64,000 nucleotides of DNA. It comes from Desulfuromonadales bacterium. Lineage in GTDB: Bacteria > Desulfobacterota > Desulfuromonadia > Desulfuromonadales > SZUA-540. The stretch is taken from NCBI GenBank assembly GCA_033549025.1, contig JAWSUS010000003.1, positions 64,001 to 128,000 on the forward strand, read 5' to 3'. The notes below the pieces were generated by a model. The model was not told the origin of the DNA and did not search any database. It was given only the letters and a program-made list of their open reading frames with translations. The position numbers and the translations under genes were made by a program. Position 1 is the first letter of the stretch; each line of letters starts with the position of its first letter. Shown piece after piece: positions 8,662-18,609 of this stretch.

Positions 8662-9573
8662 ATGGACCCGAACTGGGCTCTGACCAGAAAACGTCTGAAC
8701 CTTGAAAAAAGAGCCCGGATTCTGCACAGAATCCGGGCCTTTTTTATGGAAGCCGGCTATCTCGAGGTGAGCACCCCCCATCGCGTACCCACCAATGCCC
8801 CCGAGAGCACTATCGATGCCGTGGCCAGCGAGGGCTGGTACCTGCACACCTCGCCGGAGCTCTGCATGAAGCGCCTGCTGGCGGCCGGTTACGAGCGGAT
8901 TTTCCAGATCTGTCCCTGCTGGCGACGTCAGGAGAGGGGAAGCCGCCATCTCCCCGAGTTCACCATGCTTGAATGGTACGGTGCCGCCAAGGATTACCAG
9001 GGTCTCATGGAGGAATGCGAAGCCCTACTGACCTGCCTGGTTCCCGACGGCACTCTGCGCTGGCAAGGACAGTCGCTGCAATTGACGCCTCCGTGGGAGC
9101 GGCTGACCGTCCGTGAGGCCTTTCGCCGGTACGGCTCCATCAGCCTGGAGCAGGCCCTGGCAACGGACACCTTCGACGAGGTGATCGCTTTTGAGATCGA
9201 ACCGAAGCTGGGCCGTGAACGACCGACTTTCCTCATCGAGTATCCGGCCGAACTGGCGGCCCTGGCCCGCCGCAAACCGGGACATCCGGAAGTGGCGGAA
9301 CGCTTTGAACTTTATGTCCTGGGGATGGAACTGGCCAATGCCTTCTCGGAGCTGACCGATGCCCCCGAACAGCGCCAGCGTTTTGAGGCCGAGGAGGCCA
9401 GGCGGCAAGCCGCCGGCAAGCCCCCTTACCCGCCGGCGGAGAAATTTCTGGCGGAGCTGCCGCTTATGCCGGAAGCGGCAGGCATTGCCCTCGGCCTCGA
9501 CCGGCTCGTCATGCTGTTGGCCGATACCCGCACCATCGACGAGGTTGTCGCGTTCACCCCGGAGGAGCTGTGA
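8662..9573 (+). CDS. epmA: EF-P beta-lysine ligase EpmA (GenX/PoxA)
   Basis: LysRS catalytic domain only: LHTSPEL, HLPEFTMLEWY, ERFELY..GMELAN, GIALGLDRL; directly follows efp. Confidence 0.95.
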   Translation: MDPNWALTRKRLNLEKRARILHRIRAFFMEAGYLEVSTPHRVPTNAPESTIDAVASEGWYLHTSPELCMKRLLAAGYERIFQICPCWRRQERGSRHLPEFTMLEWYGAAKDYQGLMEECEALLTCLVPDGTLRWQGQSLQLTPPWERLTVREAFRRYGSISLEQALATDTFDEVIAFEIEPKLGRERPTFLIEYPAELAALARRKPGHPEVAERFELYVLGMELANAFSELTDAPEQRQRFEAEEARRQAAGKPPYPPAEKFLAELPLMPEAAGIALGLDRLVMLLADTRTIDEVVAFTPEEL

Positions 9574-9575
9574 TC

Positions 9576-10520
9576 ATGAAAAAATGGACGGTATTTTCCA
9601 GTGTCTCTCGTTGCGTTTTACGACCAGGCCTTCTGTTTTTGTTGGTTCTGCTGGTATTGCCTGTGAGCAGTGGAGCCGAAGAGAATGCCCACACGGAAGG
9701 CGTCCCGGCCGACGCCCTCACCGCGCCCGTGGAATCAGCCATTACCCAGCGGCGGGCCTTCGAAAAAAAGATGTCGTCCAGCCGCTTCGCCATCATGCCT
9801 CACAAACAGAACTATCTGCTACCCGCCACCTATAATTCTTCGGTCAACGACGAACCCTACACGGGCACGGACCGCAACCTGGAACTTAAGGAAATAGAGG
9901 TCAAATTTCAGGTCAGCTTCAAAACGCCTCTGTGGGAGCGCATCGCCGGCCGGGGCACCCTGTACGCCGGCTACACTCAGCAATCCCATTGGCAGGCCTA
10001 CAACAGCGACGCCTCCTCCCCCTTTCGGGAAACGAACTATCAACCTGAAATCTTCCTCACCTTTGACAACGACTATTCCCTGCTGGGAGTGCGCAACCGT
10101 CTCATCACCTTGGGCTTCGAACACCAGTCCAACGGACGCAGCGAGCCCCTTTCCCGCAGCTGGAACCGTCTCTACGCCCAATTCGCCTTTGAGCGGGGCA
10201 ACCTCTATTTCGCCCTGCGCCCCTGGTATCGCATCCCCGAAAGCCGTTCCAGCGACGACAACCCTGACATCCACAAATACATGGGCTACGGAGAATTCAA
10301 TGCGGTTTACACCTGGGGGAACCACCGCTTCGGCCTCATGCTGCGCAACAACTTTCGCTCGGAAAACTACGGCGCCGTCCAGGTCGACTGGAGTTTTCCC
10401 CTGCACCCCCGCTTCGATGGCTACATCCAGTATTTCAACGGCTACGGCGAAAGCCTGATCGACTACAACCATTCCACCAACCGTATTGGCGTAGGAATCA
10501 TTATCGCCAACTGGCTGTAA
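9576..10520 (+). CDS. pldA: outer membrane phospholipase A (OMPLA)
   Basis: signal peptide, EVKFQVSFK, SSPFRETNYQPE, catalytic HQSNG, SRSWNR, GYGESLIDYN. Confidence 0.95.
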   Translation: MKKWTVFSSVSRCVLRPGLLFLLVLLVLPVSSGAEENAHTEGVPADALTAPVESAITQRRAFEKKMSSSRFAIMPHKQNYLLPATYNSSVNDEPYTGTDRNLELKEIEVKFQVSFKTPLWERIAGRGTLYAGYTQQSHWQAYNSDASSPFRETNYQPEIFLTFDNDYSLLGVRNRLITLGFEHQSNGRSEPLSRSWNRLYAQFAFERGNLYFALRPWYRIPESRSSDDNPDIHKYMGYGEFNAVYTWGNHRFGLMLRNNFRSENYGAVQVDWSFPLHPRFDGYIQYFNGYGESLIDYNHSTNRIGVGIIIANWL

Positions 10521-10538
10521 GTCGTCTCGTTCCTGCCG

Positions 10539-11585
10539 CTAGCCGCAAGCCCCGTTGGGAAAGCGTACCAGCTCGCCTTCGGCCGTGCGGATCAGGATTT
10601 CATCCCCCATTTTTTCCACAGCCTGGGGCACAATCGGAACCTTCCCCTTGCCGCCCGGCAGATCGATGACATAGTGGGGAATGGCCAATCCCGACACCTG
10701 CCCGCGCAGGGCTTTGAGAATATCGATTCCCTCCTCTACCCGCGTGCGAAAGTGCCGGGTGCCGCTCACCAGATCCATCTGGTGCAGGTAGTAGGGCCGC
10801 ACCCGGAGGCGCAGCAGTCCTCTGAACAGTTCCGTCATCACCTCGGCATCATCGTTGACCCCCTTAAGCAGCACCGTCTGATTGCCCAGCACCACGCCGG
10901 CATCGGCCAGACGGCGGCAAGCCTCGGCCGCGGCGGGAGTAAGCTCGCGGGGATGATTGAAATGGGTGTTCAGATAGAGAGGGGCAAAGCGGCGCAGCAC
11001 CTTGCAGAGCCCGTCGGTGATGCGGTCGGGCAGGGTCACCGGCATGCGGGTGCCGATGCGAATGATCTCCACGTGGGGGATGGCGCGCAGGCGGCCGAGG
11101 ATGTCTTCGAGCAGCAGATCCGACATCATCAGGGGATCGCCGCCGGAGAGGAGAACATCACGCACCTTGGGGTTTCTGGCGATGTAGGCGATGCCGTCGA
11201 GCACCTCGTGGAAAGAGACCCGCATGGACGGACAGCCCACCTTGCGCTTGCGCGTGCAAAAACGGCAGTAGGTGGCACAGGTGCCGCTGACCAGAAACAG
11301 CACCCGGTCCGGATAGCGGTGCACGATGGCCGGGACGGGGGAAAGGACCTCTTCGTCCAGCGGGTCCGCCAGATCCTCGTCTGCCGCCAGTTCCGCCGCG
11401 TCCGGCACGCATTGCCGCCAGATGGGGTCGCCGGCCTCCCGGACCAGGTCCAGATAATAGGGGGTAATGCGCAGAGGATAACGGCTGGCGACCCGGTCCG
11501 TTTCAACGGGATCCAGCTCGAAGCGCCGGGCCAGTTCAGCCGGGCTCGTGATTGATTCCTTCAGTTGCTGCTGCCAGATTTCCAT
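10539..11585 (-). CDS. epmB: KamA-family radical SAM lysine 2,3-aminomutase, probable EpmB
   Basis: HRYPDR, CATYCRFC (CxxxCxxC), SGGDPL, HFNHP, NQTVLLKGVND, PGGKGK; next to efp/epmA. The symbol is inferred from context. Confidence 0.8.
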   Translation of the reverse strand: MEIWQQQLKESITSPAELARRFELDPVETDRVASRYPLRITPYYLDLVREAGDPIWRQCVPDAAELAADEDLADPLDEEVLSPVPAIVHRYPDRVLFLVSGTCATYCRFCTRKRKVGCPSMRVSFHEVLDGIAYIARNPKVRDVLLSGGDPLMMSDLLLEDILGRLRAIPHVEIIRIGTRMPVTLPDRITDGLCKVLRRFAPLYLNTHFNHPRELTPAAAEACRRLADAGVVLGNQTVLLKGVNDDAEVMTELFRGLLRLRVRPYYLHQMDLVSGTRHFRTRVEEGIDILKALRGQVSGLAIPHYVIDLPGGKGKVPIVPQAVEKMGDEILIRTAEGELVRFPNGACG

Positions 11586-11640
11586 CGATGACGCCAGACT
11601 CCCTCTACCTCGCGCCTTGGCCGTCCAGGCAAGGCACGTG

Positions 11641-11668
11641 AAAAGGGCGCCCCTTGCGGCGGCGCCCT
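11641..11668 (-). terminator. intrinsic terminator
   Basis: AAAAGGGCGCC...GGCGCCCT. Confidence 0.7.
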
Positions 11669-11701
11669 GTGTGCTTTTATTCGTACGGTCAGGCAGGTCT
11701 T

Positions 11702-12568
11702 CTACCGGCGCAGCACCTTGATCACCGCGGAGAAATCCTCCTCGCCTCGACCATCCTTGACCGCCTGTTCGTACACCTTGAGAACAGCGTCGTTGGCCGG
11801 CAGGTCGAGGTTGGCCTTGTCCGCCACATCCTTGACGATCTGCAATCCCTCGAAGACGTACTTGAGGGCCAGATTGCGGGAAAAATCGCCGCGGGCGATG
11901 GATCGTCCCTTGGAATGCAGCAACGGAGAGGCCACCCCACCCGAGTCGAGAACCTCGAGGATGCGATCGGCGGAAAAACCGAGCTTTTCACCGAAGACCA
12001 GGCCTTCAGCCAGCCCTTCAACGAGTTGGGCCTGCACCAGATTGACCACGAATTTCATGCGGGTGGCTGAGCCGACTTCGCCGACATGAATGACGTTGAG
12101 CGCGAAGAAAGAAAAGGGTTCGCGACAGCGGCCCAGCAGGGTCGGGTCGCCGCCGGTGAGAATGGTAAGCAGGCCGTTGGCGGCGTGCTCCTTGGTTCCC
12201 CAGACGGGCGCTTCCAGGAACATGACCCGACGGCTCGCCGCCTCTTCCGCCAGTTCCATGGTCGTCTCCAGCGAATGGGTCCCCATATCCACAAGAATAG
12301 TGCCCGGATCGATCCCCTTGAGAAAGCCGGTTTCGGCCGAAAGAGCGGCTTCCCACTCCTCTTTTTCCGGCAGGATGACGATAACCAGATCCTTGCCCTT
12401 GGCCGCCTCCATGGCGCTGGACGCCCCCTTGGCCCCCCGCTTCTCCAGTTCGCTGACCGCGTCGGCATTATTGTCAAAAACGGTAAGATTGTAGTTCCCC
12501 TTCAGCAGGTTGATCGCCATGTGTTTGCCGACCGTCCCGAGTCCAACAAAACCAACCTCTTTAATCAT
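11702..12568 (-). CDS. NAD(P)-dependent beta-hydroxyacid dehydrogenase (3-hydroxyisobutyrate/succinic semialdehyde reductase family)
   Basis: GFVGLGTVG Rossmann motif, EAPVWG, catalytic MKFVVN. Confidence 0.88.
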   Translation of the reverse strand: MIKEVGFVGLGTVGKHMAINLLKGNYNLTVFDNNADAVSELEKRGAKGASSAMEAAKGKDLVIVILPEKEEWEAALSAETGFLKGIDPGTILVDMGTHSLETTMELAEEAASRRVMFLEAPVWGTKEHAANGLLTILTGGDPTLLGRCREPFSFFALNVIHVGEVGSATRMKFVVNLVQAQLVEGLAEGLVFGEKLGFSADRILEVLDSGGVASPLLHSKGRSIARGDFSRNLALKYVFEGLQIVKDVADKANLDLPANDAVLKVYEQAVKDGRGEEDFSAVIKVLRR

Positions 12569-12668
12569 GGATTTCCTCCCATTTCATGCCCGCAGAATTG
12601 AAAACAGTCTGTATATTATACCCAGTCACCGGGAAAAACAACCGCTATGACCCCGCCTACCGCCTCTT

Positions 12669-15341
12669 TTAGTGGGCCTGCCGCCAGTTTTTGCCGACAC
12701 CGAGTTCGACCAGCAGCGGCACTTTGAGCGCCACCGCGCCCTCCATCTCCTCGCGCACCAGACGCTTGACCTGCTCCACCTCCTGCTCCGGCACGTCGAA
12801 GACCAGTTCATCGTGCACCTGCAGCACCATCGCTGCCTGCAGGCCCTCCTGACGCAGACGCGCGTAGATGCGCAGCATGGCGATCTTGACGATATCGGCC
12901 GCCGATCCCTGGATGGGGTAGTTGATGGCGTTGCGTTCGGCATAGCTGCGGATGGCGCCGTTTTTACTGTTGATCTCGGGCACGGCGCAGCGGCGGCCCA
13001 TCAGGGTCGAAACATAGAGTTTCTCGCGGGCCTCCTCCTTCTTCCCCTCCATGAAGGCCTTGATGCCGGGATAGCGGGCGAAGTAGTTGTCGATGAAGAG
13101 CTGGGCCTCGCGGGTGGGGATGCCCAGGTCTTTGCCAAGACTGAAGGCTCCCATCCCGTAGATGACGCCGAAGTTGATGGTCTTGGCCTGCCGCCGCATT
13201 TCCGCCGTCACCATTTCGGGGAAGACGCCGAAGACCTCGCTGGCCGTACGGCGATGGATATCCTCTCCCTGGGCAAAGCTCTCCTGCAGCACCGCCTCGT
13301 CGGCCATGTGGGCCAGCACCCGCAGCTCAATCTGGGAATAGTCGGCAGCCAGCAGCAGATTTCCCTCAGCCGGGATAAAGGCTTCGCGGAGACGACTCCC
13401 CTCTTCCGTGCGGATGGGGATGTTCTGCAGATTGGGATCGCTGGAAGAAAGCCGGCCCGTCGCGGTAACGGCCTGATTAAAAGAGGTGTGAATGCGCCCC
13501 GTCTCCGGGTTGACCAGTTTGGGCAGGGCATCGGCATAGGTTCCCTTGAGCTTGGCCAGCGAGCGGTAATCGAGAATTTTCGCCGCCACGGGATGATCCT
13601 CAGCCAGTTTGTTGAGCACCTCCACGTCCGTCGACCAGCCTGTCTTGGTCTTCTTCCCCTTGGGGAGCCCGAGACGCTCGAAAAGAACTTCGCCAAGCTG
13701 CTTGGGCGACCCGATATTGAAAGAACCACCGGCCAGCTCGAAAATCTCCTTTTCAAGGGCTGTCAGCTTCTTTTCCATCTCGGCGGAGAGGCGTTCCAGA
13801 AAACCCGTGTCGATGCGTATCCCGGTCCACTCCATGTCGGTCAGCACCTCGACCAGCGGCATCTCCATGTCCCGAAAGAGCGCCTCCTGCTCCGTCTCCT
13901 TCAGCTTCGGCTCCAGGACTTCGGCCAGACGCAGGGTGATATCGGCATCTTCGGCCGCATACACAATGGCTTTTTCCACCTCGACTTCCTCAAAACCGAT
14001 CTGCTTCTTGCCGCTGCCGGTCATCTCGGCGTAGCTGATGGTCTTGTGGCCGAGCAGTTCACTGGCCAGGGCATCCATACCGTGGCTCTTTGACGCCGGA
14101 TTGGTGAGGTAGGAGGCCAGCATGGTGTCGAAGGCGATCCCCTTGACCTGCACGCCGGCCCGCCGCAGCACCAGCGCATCGTACTTGATGTTCTGGCCGA
14201 TCTTGCCAAGGTTCGCATCCTCCAGCAGGGGCCTCAGCTTGTCCAGAACCTGGTCCCGCGCCAGCTGCTCGGGCGCCCCCAGATAACGATGGCCCACCGG
14301 GATATACCAGGCCTCTTCCGGTTCGATGGCAAAGGACAGGCCGACCAGGTCCGCCTGCACAGCGGTCAGACTGGTCGTCTCCGTGTCGAAGGCGAAGCGG
14401 GGGGCTTTTTTCAGGCGGGCAACGAGAGCATCGAGCTCCTTTTCATCCAGCACACCATGGTAGTTTTCCCCCGTGGCGCGGTTTTCGGTGGAGAACTCCT
14501 GAATCAGCTTGTGGAACTCCATCTCTTTAAAGATGGCAGTCAGGGCTTGCCGGTTGGGTTCGGAAAGGGAAAAATTGTCGTAATCCACCGCGAGAGGCAC
14601 GTCATCGACCAAGGTCACCAGCTTTTTGGACAGCAGCGCCTGTTCGCCAAATTCGCGCAGTTTTTCCTGCATCTTCCCTTTGACTTCGTCGACCCGGGTC
14701 AGCAATTCTTCGACGGAGCCGAACTCCTGGATCAGTTTTACCGCCGTCTTCTCGCCGATGCCGGGCACACCGGGAACGTTGTCCGAACTGTCGCCGGCCA
14801 GGGCCTGCACCTCGATTACCTTTTCAGGCGGGCCGCCGAAACGCTCCAGCACCTCGGCCGGGCCGGAGACCTTGTCCTTCATGGTGTCGAGCAGACGCAC
14901 GCGATCATTGACGATCTGCATGAGATCCTTGTCGCCGGTGACCACGGTAACGTCCATCCCCTCGGCGGCAAAGCGCCGCGCCAGCGTGGCGATGATATCG
15001 TCCGCCTCGAACCCCTCCTTTTCGATGGCCGGCATGTTGAAGGCCCGCACCACGTCCTTGATCACCGGAATCTGCGGCACCAGATCTTCGGGCATTTTGG
15101 CCCGGTTCGCCTTGTACGCACCGTAGATCTCTTTGCGAAAAGTCGGGCCGGGGGCATCGAAGACCACGGCCAGATGATCGGGCTCCTCCTCCCGCACCAC
15201 CTTGAGCAGCATATTGATGAAACCGTAGACGGCGTTGGTGGCGAATCCCTTGGAATTGGACAGATGCCGGATGGCAAAATAGGCCCTGTAGATGTACGAT
15301 GAGCCATCGATGAGATAAAGACGTTTGGGCTGTGATGTCAT
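12669..15341 (-). CDS. polA: DNA polymerase I
   Basis: 5'-nuclease (IDGSSY, EADD, GDKD), 3'-5' exonuclease motifs (FDTETT, NIKYD, YAAED), polymerase motifs DYSQIELR, KTINFG, QVHDEL. Confidence 0.98.
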   Translation of the reverse strand: MTSQPKRLYLIDGSSYIYRAYFAIRHLSNSKGFATNAVYGFINMLLKVVREEEPDHLAVVFDAPGPTFRKEIYGAYKANRAKMPEDLVPQIPVIKDVVRAFNMPAIEKEGFEADDIIATLARRFAAEGMDVTVVTGDKDLMQIVNDRVRLLDTMKDKVSGPAEVLERFGGPPEKVIEVQALAGDSSDNVPGVPGIGEKTAVKLIQEFGSVEELLTRVDEVKGKMQEKLREFGEQALLSKKLVTLVDDVPLAVDYDNFSLSEPNRQALTAIFKEMEFHKLIQEFSTENRATGENYHGVLDEKELDALVARLKKAPRFAFDTETTSLTAVQADLVGLSFAIEPEEAWYIPVGHRYLGAPEQLARDQVLDKLRPLLEDANLGKIGQNIKYDALVLRRAGVQVKGIAFDTMLASYLTNPASKSHGMDALASELLGHKTISYAEMTGSGKKQIGFEEVEVEKAIVYAAEDADITLRLAEVLEPKLKETEQEALFRDMEMPLVEVLTDMEWTGIRIDTGFLERLSAEMEKKLTALEKEIFELAGGSFNIGSPKQLGEVLFERLGLPKGKKTKTGWSTDVEVLNKLAEDHPVAAKILDYRSLAKLKGTYADALPKLVNPETGRIHTSFNQAVTATGRLSSSDPNLQNIPIRTEEGSRLREAFIPAEGNLLLAADYSQIELRVLAHMADEAVLQESFAQGEDIHRRTASEVFGVFPEMVTAEMRRQAKTINFGVIYGMGAFSLGKDLGIPTREAQLFIDNYFARYPGIKAFMEGKKEEAREKLYVSTLMGRRCAVPEINSKNGAIRSYAERNAINYPIQGSAADIVKIAMLRIYARLRQEGLQAAMVLQVHDELVFDVPEQEVEQVKRLVREEMEGAVALKVPLLVELGVGKNWRQAH

Positions 15342-15605
15342 TGGGTATCCTCCCGGTCAGAAGCGCCAGACATTTTGACATTTCTCGAGGCAAAAACCAA
15401 CCGTTTAACCAAAGGCGTGTTTTTGTTTGGAACAACCTGCCGATTTCGCACTTTTTTCTCTCATTAAAAACACCGTTCGTTTTTGCTGCAAAAAAGTCGT
15501 GAGGAAAAACCCTTGCATTTTCAAGATTCTTCCATAATATAAAGGCGTTAGACGATGACCATCCCGCACTGTATCGCTATATAACGATTTACCATCGGAC
15601 CCTTC

Positions 15606-16517
15606 ATGCTTGTCATCCTGCAACGCTATTATCGCGAGTTCATTCTGCTGCTGGTGGCCCTGCTGGGGCTGTCCCTCGGAAAGCTGGCTGCGGACGGTAT
15701 CGGCATCTTCGTCAGCCCCCCAATCATCACGGCCCAAGGTGCCGCCCCGCCAGCCCCGACAAGAGAGCGGCAGGCGGCGCTGTCCGACTACGAAGGCATT
15801 CTCGTCCGCAATATTTTTGATTCCTCGGGCAGCAGCCCAGTAGTCTCTTTTCAGAACACAACCCGCGCCGCAACCTCCGCCTCTGCCACGGCCTCGACGG
15901 CCCCCGCCACCCGCGGCAGTCTGACCCTGATAGGCACCGTGGCGCGCGGACCCGAATCCCTCGCCCTTATCCAGGCCAACAACGAAATCGAAATTTTTCG
16001 TCTGGATGACAGTCTGCCCGGCAATGGCCGGCTGGAAGAGATCACCCGGGACGCCGTCACCGTCCGTTACCCTGACGGTTCACGGGAAACCCTCGTAATC
16101 CACCAGGAGGGACAAAAGGCCCAGCCCCAAACGGCCAGCCCTGCCCCTACCGCCAAGCGCGCCGGGGCCGACGACTACCAGGTCAGGGCCGTGGGCGACA
16201 ACAAGTGGGCCATCCCCCGCCAGCAGGCAGAACGGGCACGCCAGAACATCGGCGAACTGCTGCAGCAGGCCCGCATGGAACCACGCCTCATCGATGGTAA
16301 GACAGCGGGTTTTGCCGTCAAAATGATCCGCCCCAACTCTATTTTGGCCCAAATGGGTCTGCAGCTGGGGGATGTCGTCATCGAGGTGAACGGCGTCACG
16401 CTGGACAGCCCGGAAAAAGCCCTGCAGATCTTTCAGCAGCTACGCGAAGCCAAAAACATTGTCGTCGGTCTGGAGCGCAATGGCCAGCCGATGAATTTCG
16501 CCTATGAAGTCAATTAG
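15606..16517 (+). CDS. gspC: type II secretion protein C
   Basis: N-terminal TM, RNIF motif, HR domain (LTLIGT), C-terminal PDZ; first gene of the gsp operon. Confidence 0.9.
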   Translation: MLVILQRYYREFILLLVALLGLSLGKLAADGIGIFVSPPIITAQGAAPPAPTRERQAALSDYEGILVRNIFDSSGSSPVVSFQNTTRAATSASATASTAPATRGSLTLIGTVARGPESLALIQANNEIEIFRLDDSLPGNGRLEEITRDAVTVRYPDGSRETLVIHQEGQKAQPQTASPAPTAKRAGADDYQVRAVGDNKWAIPRQQAERARQNIGELLQQARMEPRLIDGKTAGFAVKMIRPNSILAQMGLQLGDVVIEVNGVTLDSPEKALQIFQQLREAKNIVVGLERNGQPMNFAYEVN

Positions 16518-16530
16518 GAGGCCAACCCAG

Positions 16531-18603
16531 GTGTTAAAAAAATCGTTGATCCGGTGGTCCTTTCTTCTTTGCCTGCTCTTTATCTGGCACCTTCCCGTCC
16601 TGGCGGCTGCACAGCCCGAGGCGACCGAGGAAAGTCAGGATCCCAACATGGTATCCCTGAACTTCAAGGACATCGAGCTGCCAGACCTCATTCGCACCGT
16701 CAGTGAGGTGACCGGCATGAACTTCGTCTATGACGAATCGGTGCGTGGCAAAGTGACCATTATCTCGCCGGACCTGATGTCGATCAACGACGCGTTCCAG
16801 CTTTTTCTCACCGTGCTCAACACCAAGGGCTACACGGTGGTGCCGTCGGGCAAGACCAATAAAATTGTCGCCATCAAGGATGCCAAGGAAAGCAACCTGC
16901 CCACCATCGGCCCCGGCGTGCGGGGAGAGATCAACGAGAAATACGTCACTCGCCTGATCACGCTGAAAAATATCGACGCCAGCGAACTGGCCACTACCGT
17001 ACTGGCGCCTCTGATTCCCAAGACGAGCAGTATCGTCGCTTTCCCGGCTTCGAACACCCTGGTCATCACGGACAGCGCCGCCAACATCTCCCGGCTTACC
17101 CGCATCGCCCGGGAACTGGACGTCCCCAGCTCGCTGGACATGCTCGATGTCATCCCTCTGGTTTACGCCGGGGCCGACGAGGTCGCTCAACTCGCCACCC
17201 AGATCCTCTCCGAAGGGGGGGCCAGTCCCGTGGCGCGGCGCCGGGCGGCCGGCAACGTGCAGACCGCCGGCGGCAAAGAGGTCAGCAAAGTGCTGCCCTA
17301 CGCCCGCGGCAACCTGCTTATCGTCATGGCCAGTCAGGAAGACATGACGATGATCCGCGACCTGATTGCCAAACTGGACCAGAAGCCGGTCCAGGACCGT
17401 TCCGGCATCAACGTCTACTATCTGAAAAACGCCGACGCCGAGACCCTGGCCAAAACCCTCAACGAGATCGTCACCGGCATCAAAGCCCAGGAGAAGGCCC
17501 AGCCGGGAACTCCACAGACGCCGACGCCCCAGACCGGCGCCACCAGCATTATTGCCGACAAGCCGACCAACTCCCTCATCATCAATGCTTCGCCGGAAGA
17601 CTACGAGGTGCTTAAAGGCATCATCAGCCAGCTCGATATCAAGCGCAAACAGGTGTTCGTCGAGGCCCTCATTCTCGAGCTGTCCATGGACGCCACCCGG
17701 GCTCTGGGCGTCTCCCTGCAAGGGGCCATCGACACCGGCTCGGACAGCGCCGTCTTCGCCTCGACAGGGCCCTCAGCGGCGGCTGAGTTAATTCCCGACG
17801 AAAATGGTTACACTGGCATTCTCACCAAGGCTGTCAATGGCATCATGATGGGCGGGCTGTTCAACACCATCACGGTCACCGACCCCAACGACAGCAGCAA
17901 AACCATCACGGTGCCGGCCCTGTCGGCGCTGATCAACCTGTCCAAGACCGACGGTGACGTCAACATCCTGTCGGCACCGCGCCTGCTGACTTCTGACAAC
18001 GAGGAAGCCGAAATCATCGTCGGCTCCAATGTCCCCATTATTACCAACCGGCTCACGGACGCCGGCGGCAGCTCGCTGGCACAAAGCGTCTCCGTCGAGC
18101 GCAAGGACGTCGCCCTGACCCTGCGCCTGACGCCGCAGATCATCCAAGACAACCTGGTGCGCCTCAACGTCTATCAGGAGATCACCGATCTGGCCACCGC
18201 CAATGTTGGCAACGTCAATGATGTCGGCCCGACTTTGACCAAGCGCCTGCTCCGCAACACCGTGCTGGCCGAAAACGGCCGCACCGTCGCCCTGGGCGGC
18301 CTCATCAAGAGCGACGTTCAGCAATCGGTGACCAAAGTGCCCTTACTGGGGGACATCCCTCTGCTCGGCTGGCTTTTCAAAAGCAAAACCAATTCCGAGA
18401 AGAAGACCAATCTGCTGCTTTTCGTCACCCCGCGCATTATCAATGACGCCAACGACTTGGCCCAGGTGACGCGTCGAGCCAAGCACCAGATGGACCAGTT
18501 CAAGGAGGGCAATATCGCCCCTGTGCTCCCGGCCGAACTGCCACAGGCTTTGCCTGTCGATCCCGACAGCCTGCAACAAGCCCCTCAAGACCCCTGGGAA
18601 TAG
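16531..18603 (+). CDS. gspD: type II secretion secretin D
   Basis: AGGAG then GTG 16531; signal peptide, N-domains, QVFVEALILE, ILSAPRLLTSDNEEA, KVPLLGDIPLLGWLF. Confidence 0.96.
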   Translation: MLKKSLIRWSFLLCLLFIWHLPVLAAAQPEATEESQDPNMVSLNFKDIELPDLIRTVSEVTGMNFVYDESVRGKVTIISPDLMSINDAFQLFLTVLNTKGYTVVPSGKTNKIVAIKDAKESNLPTIGPGVRGEINEKYVTRLITLKNIDASELATTVLAPLIPKTSSIVAFPASNTLVITDSAANISRLTRIARELDVPSSLDMLDVIPLVYAGADEVAQLATQILSEGGASPVARRRAAGNVQTAGGKEVSKVLPYARGNLLIVMASQEDMTMIRDLIAKLDQKPVQDRSGINVYYLKNADAETLAKTLNEIVTGIKAQEKAQPGTPQTPTPQTGATSIIADKPTNSLIINASPEDYEVLKGIISQLDIKRKQVFVEALILELSMDATRALGVSLQGAIDTGSDSAVFASTGPSAAAELIPDENGYTGILTKAVNGIMMGGLFNTITVTDPNDSSKTITVPALSALINLSKTDGDVNILSAPRLLTSDNEEAEIIVGSNVPIITNRLTDAGGSSLAQSVSVERKDVALTLRLTPQIIQDNLVRLNVYQEITDLATANVGNVNDVGPTLTKRLLRNTVLAENGRTVALGGLIKSDVQQSVTKVPLLGDIPLLGWLFKSKTNSEKKTNLLLFVTPRIINDANDLAQVTRRAKHQMDQFKEGNIAPVLPAELPQALPVDPDSLQQAPQDPWE

Positions 18604-18609
18604 TGACGA

